Source: a virus
Strand: one strand, 5' to 3'
DNA length: 64,000 bases
IMG/VR virus record: IMGVR_UViG_3300025687_000024
Location: 32,001 to 96,000 of that record
The position numbers and the translations under genes are program-made. The stretch's first letter is position 1. Each line of letters opens with the position of its first letter. A model generated the notes under the pieces. The model was not told the DNA's origin, ran no database searches, and saw nothing but the letters and a program-made list of their open reading frames with translations. Shown piece by piece: positions 56,899 through 64,000 of the stretch.

Positions 56899-57537
56899 GT
56901 GCACCGCCCCGGCGCCTTCGTCCGGGTTGCGGGCACCCTGGAGAAGGTCGCTCGCATCTACGGCAACATCCCCCTGACTCCTGGGGAGTACTCCTGGTCT
57001 GATCGCTACAAGGGCACCCCCTTCTACCGGGAGGCCCTGGAGATCGAACGCCAGGAGGCTCTCGAGGAGGCGCAGGAGGCCCGCGAGCACGTCGAGCAGG
57101 AGTCCTCGCACGCGGCCGAGTCTGCTCTCCGAGTCGAGATCGCCCAGCTGGAGGCCGCTCTCGTGGAGTGGCGCTACCAGAACATGGGGCTCTCCAAGGG
57201 GCAGGCCACCGCGCTGGCCAAGACCGCGGCCCTGTGCGGTCACGTGGCCAAGTGCGTCGAGGGTGGCGGTCCCGTCGAGTGGTCTGACGCCTTCAAGGGG
57301 TCGCCCTACTACCAGCAGGCCATCGAGCTGGAGAAGCGCGACGCCGAGATGGAGGCTGCTCGTGCAGCCAAGCAGGCGGCCAGGCCGGTGTCCAACCGCT
57401 GGGCCGTTCGTCGAGCGCGCCGCACGGCCCTCGAGGCCAAGTACCTGGCCTGGAAGCAGCAACAGCAGGGCGGCGCCCCCACCCAACCTCAACGGGAGGC
57501 GGAGCCGGCGGTTCAGGTCTCCGTCCCACGCGAGTAG
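56899..57537 (+). CDS. Coiled-coil protein with internal duplication
   Basis: WSDRYKGTPFYREALEIE and WSDAFKGSPYYQQAIELE, preceded by LEKVA and AKTAA respectively. Confidence 0.6.
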   Translation: MHRPGAFVRVAGTLEKVARIYGNIPLTPGEYSWSDRYKGTPFYREALEIERQEALEEAQEAREHVEQESSHAAESALRVEIAQLEAALVEWRYQNMGLSKGQATALAKTAALCGHVAKCVEGGGPVEWSDAFKGSPYYQQAIELEKRDAEMEAARAAKQAARPVSNRWAVRRARRTALEAKYLAWKQQQQGGAPTQPQREAEPAVQVSVPRE

Positions 57538-57540
57538 ATC

Positions 57541-58131
57541 ATGAGCCACTCCTTGCCCCCCGAGCTCGCCCGCGGGTTCTTCTCCGAGCTGGAGAAGGTT
57601 GCCATCCTCCTCGGTGCCGGCACCGGAGCGGTCGCTGCCGGTCAAGGGAACCGGGGCGAGGGTGCGCTGTACGGAGGTGCCGGAGGCATCTTGGGCGCCA
57701 TGGCTGGCGCGACCCCGGGCGCTCTCGCTCAGATGGCGCGCGACACTCCCAAGAAGGCACGCCGTGGGCGAGGGAAGATCTCGGCCCTGACCGCTCTCGG
57801 CGTCCTCACTGGAGAGGCTCTGGGCGGCGTCGCCGGCGGGCGCCTGGCCAAGAAGCACGCCCAGGAGCGCCGGGCAAAGCACCGGGAAGCCACCAAGAAG
57901 GCCGTGCGCGAAGCCCTCGCCGAGCAGAAGGAGAAGAAGGGCTCGGTCGAGAAGGTCGCTATCTCCGTCGCCGGTCCGGCGCAGCCGGGGGGCGCTGCGT
58001 TCGTGTTCCAGCTGGCCCGGAGTTCCCAGCGAGAGACCCAGCGCAACCTGCTGCGCCGCACCGGCAAGAAGGCGGTCAAGCTGCGCAAGAAGATCCCGGC
58101 TCCCCAGCAGGTGCCCGCCGCCGCCAAGTAG
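57541..58131 (+). CDS. Leader-bearing Gly-zipper cationic protein (putative head cargo)
   Basis: GFFSELEKVA leader, GxxxG helices, second site EKVAI. Confidence 0.65.
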   Translation: MSHSLPPELARGFFSELEKVAILLGAGTGAVAAGQGNRGEGALYGGAGGILGAMAGATPGALAQMARDTPKKARRGRGKISALTALGVLTGEALGGVAGGRLAKKHAQERRAKHREATKKAVREALAEQKEKKGSVEKVAISVAGPAQPGGAAFVFQLARSSQRETQRNLLRRTGKKAVKLRKKIPAPQQVPAAAK

Positions 58132-58138
58132 GTGACCC

Positions 58139-58627
58139 ATGCTCTCTGCGCCGCTACAGGATGCCTTCATCGCCGAGCTGGAGAAGATCGCCTTCCTCAA
58201 GACCCTCCGGCGGGCCAAGCCCAAGACGCCGCCGAAGCGCGTACGTCGCTTCCGGGTGAAGGCCAACTCCGGGCACCAGCCCGGGGTCGTGCGCAACGGC
58301 TACCTCGAGGCACCGCCCTCCCAAGCGGAGACCAACCGCATCGCTCGGCAGTTCCTCAAGGACCTCGAGAAGCGGTCCTTCGCCAAGGTGGTCACGAAGA
58401 ACACCACCCGCGTGGCCCGTAGTGGTTGGGAGAAGGCAGTGCGCCCCAATCCGTCCGGGATGATCAACCAGACACGCGCCTGGACCATCCGCCCGCGTGG
58501 AGCCCCCGCCGCATCCCAGCGCGCCACCTCCAAGCCCACCAAGCTGAAGGGGTGGGTGCGTCGCAGCACCAAGGAAGAGGTCCGTGCGGGGCCGCGCCCC
58601 GCGCTGGCGCGGGGCGCAGTCAGCTGA
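58139..58627 (+). CDS. Leader-bearing highly basic protein (putative head cargo)
   Basis: AFIAELEKIA leader, Arg/Lys-rich body. Confidence 0.65.
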   Translation: MLSAPLQDAFIAELEKIAFLKTLRRAKPKTPPKRVRRFRVKANSGHQPGVVRNGYLEAPPSQAETNRIARQFLKDLEKRSFAKVVTKNTTRVARSGWEKAVRPNPSGMINQTRAWTIRPRGAPAASQRATSKPTKLKGWVRRSTKEEVRAGPRPALARGAVS

Positions 58628-58646
58628 CGTGGGGTAGTATGGGGCC

Positions 58647-59558
58647 ATGCTCGTTCCCGTCAACATCCGGGTCTGGACCCTCTCCCGCGACTCCCTGACC
58701 ATCTCCTGGGCGTTCCGCAACACCACGGCAGCGCTGGGCGACTACAGCATCACGGTGCTGCGGTCTGGTTCCGCTGCGGGAGGGTACGAGGAGATCTCGA
58801 GCGCCTTCGCGGCAGACGCGACCGTGGAGTTCGTGGACTCCGAGGTAGTCCTGCACTCCAAGTGGCGGGAGTATTTCTACCGGCTGCGGGTCACGGCGCC
58901 CGATGGCTCGACCACGGACTTCGGCTCGGTGGACTACAAGAGGGTCCTGGCTGGAGACGACGCCGGCGGCGTCGTGCTGGAGAGCTTGCCCGACCTGGTG
59001 GCCCTCGAGGCCATCCGGCGTTTCGACATGCTCCTGCAGACCAAGATCGGGCGGGAGCTCCTGGTGCTCAACCACAGGTCCACTGGGCAGCGCTGTGCCG
59101 AGTGTTGGGACAACTTGAAGAGGCGACGTACCAAGAGCAAGTGCCTGACCTGCTACGGCGTGGGGGTCTCCGGGGGGTACTACTTCCCCAAGCAGGCCTG
59201 GGCCGCCAAGGTACCCCACCGGGCATCCGTACAGCTCACCCCGCTGTTCGAGATGCAGAACAACGACGCGCTCCTGTGGATGTCGTCGCGTCCACGGGTG
59301 GTCCCGCGTGACCTGGTCATCGATGCTGATGGGCGGCGCTGGCGCGTCATCGACATTCAGCGGCACGAGAAGCTGTGGGCTCTCACCCGACAGACCGTGC
59401 AGGTGCGCGAGCTGTCCAAGGACCAGGTGGAGTACGACATCCCGATCTCGGCTGACGAGTGGGACATCGACCCGGTGGCGGCCACGCCCTACAGGCAGTA
59501 CATCAATGCTACGAACCTCGACAGTCACCGTCGAGCGAAGCGGGAGCTTGGCCTATGA
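58647..59558 (+). CDS. Head closure / neck protein with Zn finger
   Basis: FN3-like N-terminus, CAEC...CLTCYGVG.SGGY, PRDLVID.DGRRWRV. Confidence 0.6.
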   Translation: MLVPVNIRVWTLSRDSLTISWAFRNTTAALGDYSITVLRSGSAAGGYEEISSAFAADATVEFVDSEVVLHSKWREYFYRLRVTAPDGSTTDFGSVDYKRVLAGDDAGGVVLESLPDLVALEAIRRFDMLLQTKIGRELLVLNHRSTGQRCAECWDNLKRRRTKSKCLTCYGVGVSGGYYFPKQAWAAKVPHRASVQLTPLFEMQNNDALLWMSSRPRVVPRDLVIDADGRRWRVIDIQRHEKLWALTRQTVQVRELSKDQVEYDIPISADEWDIDPVAATPYRQYINATNLDSHRRAKRELGL

Positions 59559-60106
59559 TCATGCCCACCCTCTCCGTCGCAACCGTCCGCGCCTTCCAAG
59601 GCGAGCTGGTCAAGATCGCGAAGGTGACCCCAGCTACCGTGGCCCTCGGGGCGCTCGCGGGAGGCAGCGCTGGGGCACTGGCGCACAAGCACTACACCAA
59701 GGACGAGCGGTCGAAGGACGAACTGCTGCGGGACCTGAAGCGCATGCCCGAGAAGACCTACCAGGCTCGGCGCAAGGAGCGGGGTGCGCGCACGGCAGGC
59801 GCGGCGGCGCTCGGCGCCATGACGGGCGCGGGGGCTCCCGTGCTCTACAGGGAGGCGGCCCGAGCTGTTGGGCGCGCAGTGGACCGCACGGTCAAGCCCA
59901 CGCTGCAGACGGCCAAGAGCGGGATCGACGACTCCGTTGAGAAGGGCGTCGCCGAGTACGACCGCATGCTGCAGCGCCAGGCCGACTACCTGCTCGACCA
60001 GCTCCGCGGTCCGCGGGGGGCACGCGCCGCCGAGACCCTCGGGGAGAGTGCGCGCAAGGGCTTCCTGCCCAGGTTCCTCCGCCGGCGGAGGGCCAACCCG
60101 CAGTGA
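59555..60106 (+). CDS. Leader-bearing Gly-zipper protein (putative head cargo)
   Basis: AFQGELVKIA leader, two hydrophobic GxxxG segments. Confidence 0.65.
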   Translation: MIMPTLSVATVRAFQGELVKIAKVTPATVALGALAGGSAGALAHKHYTKDERSKDELLRDLKRMPEKTYQARRKERGARTAGAAALGAMTGAGAPVLYREAARAVGRAVDRTVKPTLQTAKSGIDDSVEKGVAEYDRMLQRQADYLLDQLRGPRGARAAETLGESARKGFLPRFLRRRRANPQ

Positions 60107-60696
60107 GCCTCTCCCTGACCAGACACGCCTTCGAGGTCGAGCTCACCAAGATCGCCCAGCACAAGTGGCGCAAGGTGGAGAAGCCTCCTGTCGCCCTCGA
60201 TGCCGCGGCGGCCATCGCTACCGGGCTCGGGCTCGGCGCGACGGGCTACATGGGCGCGCGTTTCGGGTACCCGAAGCTGATGAAGCTCCTCGGACGGCCG
60301 GTGGAGCGCCCCTCCAAGAAGGCTCGCGCCATCGCTGCCCTCTTGGCAGGGCTGGCAGGAATGGGCACACTGGAACTCGGCAGGAGATGGGTGAATGACA
60401 AGACCCGGCCAGCAAGCGGCATACGAGCTCGTCGAGCAGTACAACCCGATCACGGGCAACTGGCTCGCGGACACGAAGGACATCCTGCTCAGGTTCCTCC
60501 AAGACTTCTTCTATCAGATGCCGGCGGGGATGGACCTGTTCCACTTCGAACCGGGGGAGGAGGACTACAGCACGGCGGAGACGGAGACGGAGCTGATCGT
60601 TTCCGACGCCGGAGCGGTAGGTACCGATACCGTGGAGACGCGCCCGGCGATCTTGATTTCGCGGGGCCCATTCGCCTACGGCAACGTCAGTCTTGA
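60103..60696 (+). CDS. Leader-bearing two-TM protein (3' end overlaps the next gene)
   Basis: AFEVELTKIA leader, hydrophobic AAAAIATGLGLGATG and AIAALLAGLAGMG. Confidence 0.55.
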   Translation: MSLSLTRHAFEVELTKIAQHKWRKVEKPPVALDAAAAIATGLGLGATGYMGARFGYPKLMKLLGRPVERPSKKARAIAALLAGLAGMGTLELGRRWVNDKTRPASGIRARRAVQPDHGQLARGHEGHPAQVPPRLLLSDAGGDGPVPLRTGGGGLQHGGDGDGADRFRRRSGRYRYRGDAPGDLDFAGPIRLRQRQS

Positions 60697-61168
60697 CCAG
60701 CTGCTCGAGCAGGACCTCGCCTCTGGAAATCGCACGCACACGGATCTGCTCTCGGGCTCCTTCGTGGTAAACTGCGTCTCGAAGATCGGCCTGGAGGCCG
60801 AGAAGCTGGCGTTGCTGGTGGCCAAGGCCATCCGCATGTACCGGCGTCAGCTGCAGGTGGCTGGGTTCTTCTACATCGGTCACATGATCCAGGTCGGCCA
60901 GGAATCGCCCGCCGGCACCCTCGTCTCCGGTGACTCCGAAGAGGATTTCGTCACCGTCTCCGTCACCTTCCCTGTCTACTACCAGGAGTCCTGGACCGTC
61001 ACACAGGATGCAGAAACCCTCGCGAGGATCCGCTTCATCGTGGCCCACCTCGCGCGAAAGATGGACGGCTCCCTCGTCTACCCCGACTCGGTGGATGACA
61101 ACGGAGATCCCATCGAGGGCGCTGATGGCGTTATACTGACCACCTGGACCTACCCGGAAGAGTCCTAG
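60395..61168 (+). CDS. Tail completion / sheath terminator-like protein
   Basis: RPAILISRG and VNCVS...EAEKLA. Directly upstream of the sheath gene. Confidence 0.6.
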   Translation: MTRPGQQAAYELVEQYNPITGNWLADTKDILLRFLQDFFYQMPAGMDLFHFEPGEEDYSTAETETELIVSDAGAVGTDTVETRPAILISRGPFAYGNVSLDQLLEQDLASGNRTHTDLLSGSFVVNCVSKIGLEAEKLALLVAKAIRMYRRQLQVAGFFYIGHMIQVGQESPAGTLVSGDSEEDFVTVSVTFPVYYQESWTVTQDAETLARIRFIVAHLARKMDGSLVYPDSVDDNGDPIEGADGVILTTWTYPEES

Positions 61169-61186
61169 CCCTCCGAAGGAGCCCTC

Positions 61187-64000
61187 ATGTCCATCACCCG
61201 CCCCGGCATCCAGGTCAGCACGACCGAGACCACGTCCAGCCCCACCATCGTCCAGCCCACGCTGAGGGCCTGCCTCATCGGCCCCTGCTTCCGGCTCATC
61301 GATGCCTTCGACGACGAGGGTGCGCTGGACAGCGATGCCTACGCCGGGACCTACCGTGACGGGTACGGCACCATCGCCTACGACCTCCCCTCCTTCGGGG
61401 CCGAGGACGACCTGACCGGCTTCGACGACGAGGTCCGGGTGTTCCTGGTCAACTCGGACGACAGCTACACCGAGCTCAACAGCTCGTCCGACGAGGAGAC
61501 CCTCGAGGCCGGCACGGGGGACTACACCCAGGCATCGGGCGTGTTCGAGGATGGAGCGGCGCTGTTCGAGAGCGAAGGCGTCGAGGCCGGCGACGTGGTG
61601 CGGCTCGCCTACATGGGCGTGACCTACGACATCGTGATCGAGTCGGTCGATGGCGAGACCCTGCTCACCATCGACAACACCGGGGTACCCGAGAACCTCA
61701 GCAACGTCGCCTACACGGTGGTGCGCAACCCTGCGCAGTTCGCCTACCAGTCCTCGGCGCAGCAGTCCTACGTCCTGCTCGGCGAGGAGGGGGACTACCT
61801 CTCCATCCAGACCCAGCCGTTGGGCGACTACGCCGGCTCGACCGGCGACGGCCTCTCCTTGACCCTGCAGGAGACCTCGGCCTACACCTCCGGTGCAGAC
61901 CTGGCCTACGGCGACTGCGTCTTCTACGACTCCGACGCGGACAAGTCCTTCGAGACCGCGGTGGACCTCGAGGACACCAACTACCTGTTCATCGGGGCAG
62001 GCCCCGGAACGACCCTCACCGCCATCACCGCGGTCTACGACGACAACACCCTGATCGTGGCCACGGGCGAAGGCGCGGACCAGACCGGGCTGAGCTACGT
62101 GGTCGGCAAGCAGACCGACAGCGGCGACAACGGCGCCACCGCGGGCGGGGACGAGACCGCCTTCTCTGCCGCGGGGCAGAACTTCCTGACCTCCATCCCC
62201 CAGGTCGGTGGGGCGGGCACGGCCCCGCTGGCGGACACCTTCCTCTACATCAGCGGCGTCGGCGTGTACCAGATCACCGAGGTGACCAGCGACGAGGCGC
62301 TGGTCATCGCGGCGGGCGCCGGAGCGGGCCTGTCGGGCAAGGACTTCGAGACCGTCGAGGTCATCCAGGCCGACACCACGGGCTGCTTCTTCGACGACGA
62401 TGAGCTGCTCTCCCCGTCCGACGACTTCTCCGACGTCCCGGCCGAGGTGACCGACTACGACGTGGTCGTGGGCGGTGTGGGCTACACCATCGCCTCCATC
62501 GCCGCGGGTAAGGTCACCGTCGATGCGGCCCTGCCCGGGGACGGCGGAGCCGCGCAGAGCTACGGGGTCTACATCACCGACGCGGACCTGCTGGTGCAGT
62601 GGGATGCCACGGCCGAGACCCTGACCGTGACCCTCGCCCGGGCCGACGGCCTGAGTGTCGGCACTCTGGACAGCCTCTACGATGCGCTCACCAATGACGA
62701 GGCCGAGGGCTACGATGCGGACGTGGCCGAGGTGTTCACCGCGGCCGAGGAGGTCGGAAGCGGTGACCTGACCGACTACCTGGGCACCTACACCTTCGAC
62801 GGCGGCGCCGACGCGGACCAGCTCCTGCTCGATGCCGATCTGATGGGGTCCACGGTCCCCACCGGGCGGGTCTACGTCAGCTACAAGGCGCTGCGCCTGG
62901 ACGTCACCCCGGCGGCCGAGGAGCCGCAGCTGCTGTCCTACGAGAGCACCACCGAGTCGGTGGCTGCTCTGGGCGCGGCCAACGCCGAGAACCCCCTCTC
63001 CCTGGCCTTCTACAAGGCGCTGCAGAACGCCACCGGCAAGAGCGTGGCGGGCATCGGCGTCGATGACGTCTCGGCCGCGCGCCCCATGGGCACCGCCGAG
63101 GCCTACGACGCCGCCTTCTCGTTCCTCGAGGGCGAGAGCGTGTACTTCCTGGTACCGCTCACCCAGGACGTGGTGGTCCAGCAGGCCCTGCAGGTCCACG
63201 TCGAGGCCATGTCGGAGCCGGAGAACAAGGCGTTCCGCTGCTGCCTCATCAACCAGGTGCTCCCCGAGTACTCCTCGGCCACCCTGGTCAGCTCGGGCAC
63301 CGACCTGAACACCGAGGCGGACTTCGCCACCACCGGGACCATGACGGCCAGCGTGGACTTCGTGGCCGCGGGGGTCGAGGCGGGCGACATCGTCATCGTG
63401 GCGGCGTTGGCCGACTCCGCCAGCTCCCCGGACGTGGCCTACGGCACCCAGGGGCCGCTGTACGGCTTCGTGGTCGAGGAGGTCGGTCCGGACGACGACA
63501 ACTTCACCCTCACCCTGGACGTCGCGGACCACGCTGCATTGGCGGCGCTCTGGGCTTCCCAGGTGGACGTCAGCTTCTCCATCTACCGCAGTGGGTCGGC
63601 GATCTCCACGGCGTCCGCCCAGGCCACCGCGCTGGCCGAGATCGGCCCCAACTTCGACTCCGCTCGCGTGGTCCTGGTGTGGCCCGACGAGGTCCTGGCC
63701 AGCATCGACAGCACCGAGCAGGCCATCGAGGGCTTCTACCTGGCGGCCGCGGTCGCCGGCAAGAAGTCCAGGCTGCCTCCGCAGCGCGGGCTGACCAACT
63801 CCACCGTGGCGGGCTTCACCGGCCTGCGGCACTCCAGCGGGTACTTCAGCAGCAGCCAGCTCGACGAGATCGCGGGCGGCGGTACGATGATCTTCATGCA
63901 GGAGACGGCTGGGGGTGCGCTCAAGTGCCGCCACCAGCTGACCACCGACGTCGCCAGCATCGAGCGGCGTGAGTGGTCCATCCGGACGACCATCGACTAC
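61187..64000 (+). CDS. Contractile tail sheath protein, 3'-truncated (absent from the ORF track)
   Basis: AAGGAG RBS. N-terminus MSITRPGIQV...LIGP. Sheath C-terminal motifs VYFLVPL, YLAAAVAG, GLTN, RHQLTTD...REWSI...DY. Frame is open to the window end. Confidence 0.8.
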   Translation, partial: MSITRPGIQVSTTETTSSPTIVQPTLRACLIGPCFRLIDAFDDEGALDSDAYAGTYRDGYGTIAYDLPSFGAEDDLTGFDDEVRVFLVNSDDSYTELNSSSDEETLEAGTGDYTQASGVFEDGAALFESEGVEAGDVVRLAYMGVTYDIVIESVDGETLLTIDNTGVPENLSNVAYTVVRNPAQFAYQSSAQQSYVLLGEEGDYLSIQTQPLGDYAGSTGDGLSLTLQETSAYTSGADLAYGDCVFYDSDADKSFETAVDLEDTNYLFIGAGPGTTLTAITAVYDDNTLIVATGEGADQTGLSYVVGKQTDSGDNGATAGGDETAFSAAGQNFLTSIPQVGGAGTAPLADTFLYISGVGVYQITEVTSDEALVIAAGAGAGLSGKDFETVEVIQADTTGCFFDDDELLSPSDDFSDVPAEVTDYDVVVGGVGYTIASIAAGKVTVDAALPGDGGAAQSYGVYITDADLLVQWDATAETLTVTLARADGLSVGTLDSLYDALTNDEAEGYDADVAEVFTAAEEVGSGDLTDYLGTYTFDGGADADQLLLDADLMGSTVPTGRVYVSYKALRLDVTPAAEEPQLLSYESTTESVAALGAANAENPLSLAFYKALQNATGKSVAGIGVDDVSAARPMGTAEAYDAAFSFLEGESVYFLVPLTQDVVVQQALQVHVEAMSEPENKAFRCCLINQVLPEYSSATLVSSGTDLNTEADFATTGTMTASVDFVAAGVEAGDIVIVAALADSASSPDVAYGTQGPLYGFVVEEVGPDDDNFTLTLDVADHAALAALWASQVDVSFSIYRSGSAISTASAQATALAEIGPNFDSARVVLVWPDEVLASIDSTEQAIEGFYLAAAVAGKKSRLPPQRGLTNSTVAGFTGLRHSSGYFSSSQLDEIAGGGTMIFMQETAGGALKCRHQLTTDVASIERREWSIRTTIDY

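Noticed and set aside
27697-60696. Leader-bearing peptides as a RiPP/bacteriocin cluster
   Set aside because: No modification enzymes, peptidase-ABC transporter or double-Gly leader. The genes are interleaved with head genes and the motif is shared with capsid, scaffold and protease.
30269-61189. Similar AGGAGCCC(C)TC(C)ATG starts at 30280, 39863 and 61187
   Set aside because: Adequately explained as a Shine-Dalgarno sequence plus a pyrimidine spacer.
60218-63934. 1238-aa minus-strand ORF
   Set aside because: Antisense shadow of the tail sheath gene caused by GC3 bias. No motifs. The plus-strand frame from 61187 has an RBS and sheath motifs.

Overview
This window is a gene-dense, GC-rich (about two-thirds GC by eye) segment of a large contractile-tailed (myovirus-like) dsDNA phage. 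I found no tRNA, rRNA, CRISPR array, integrase or IS element. Layout: (1) 1-8.6 kb (+) baseplate and tail-fibre genes. (2) 8.7-25.8 kb (-) replication and recombination block: RusA, tandem Cas4-like nuclease, Hjc-like nuclease, RecA, family A DNA polymerase, Zn-rich SSB, DnaG primase, DnaB-like helicase, degenerate family-4 UDG, SF2 helicase, HTH. (3) 25.9-64 kb, mostly (+), morphogenesis: portal, a 2036-aa single-chain beta-beta' RNA polymerase, baseplate spike, terminase, prohead protease, scaffold, capsid, neck and a partial tail sheath that the ORF track omits. Four observations stand out. (a) A putative head-cargo targeting and processing code: seven otherwise unrelated small proteins share an N-terminal [AGS]-F-x-x-E-L-x-K-[IVL]-A leader followed by cationic, often glycine-zipper segments, and K-x-A-[ASG] sites recur throughout head proteins but not tail or replication proteins. 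(b) A compact fused beta-beta' RNAP that lacks the beta' N-terminal Zn ribbon and sits inside a structural operon. (c) A candidate phage-specific promoter, A-rich-N16/17-ATAAG, in front of five minus-strand gene starts, alongside separate sigma70-like promoters. (d) A hidden two-peptide mini-operon between the portal and RNAP genes. All functional calls come from motif recognition by eye; no searches were run.
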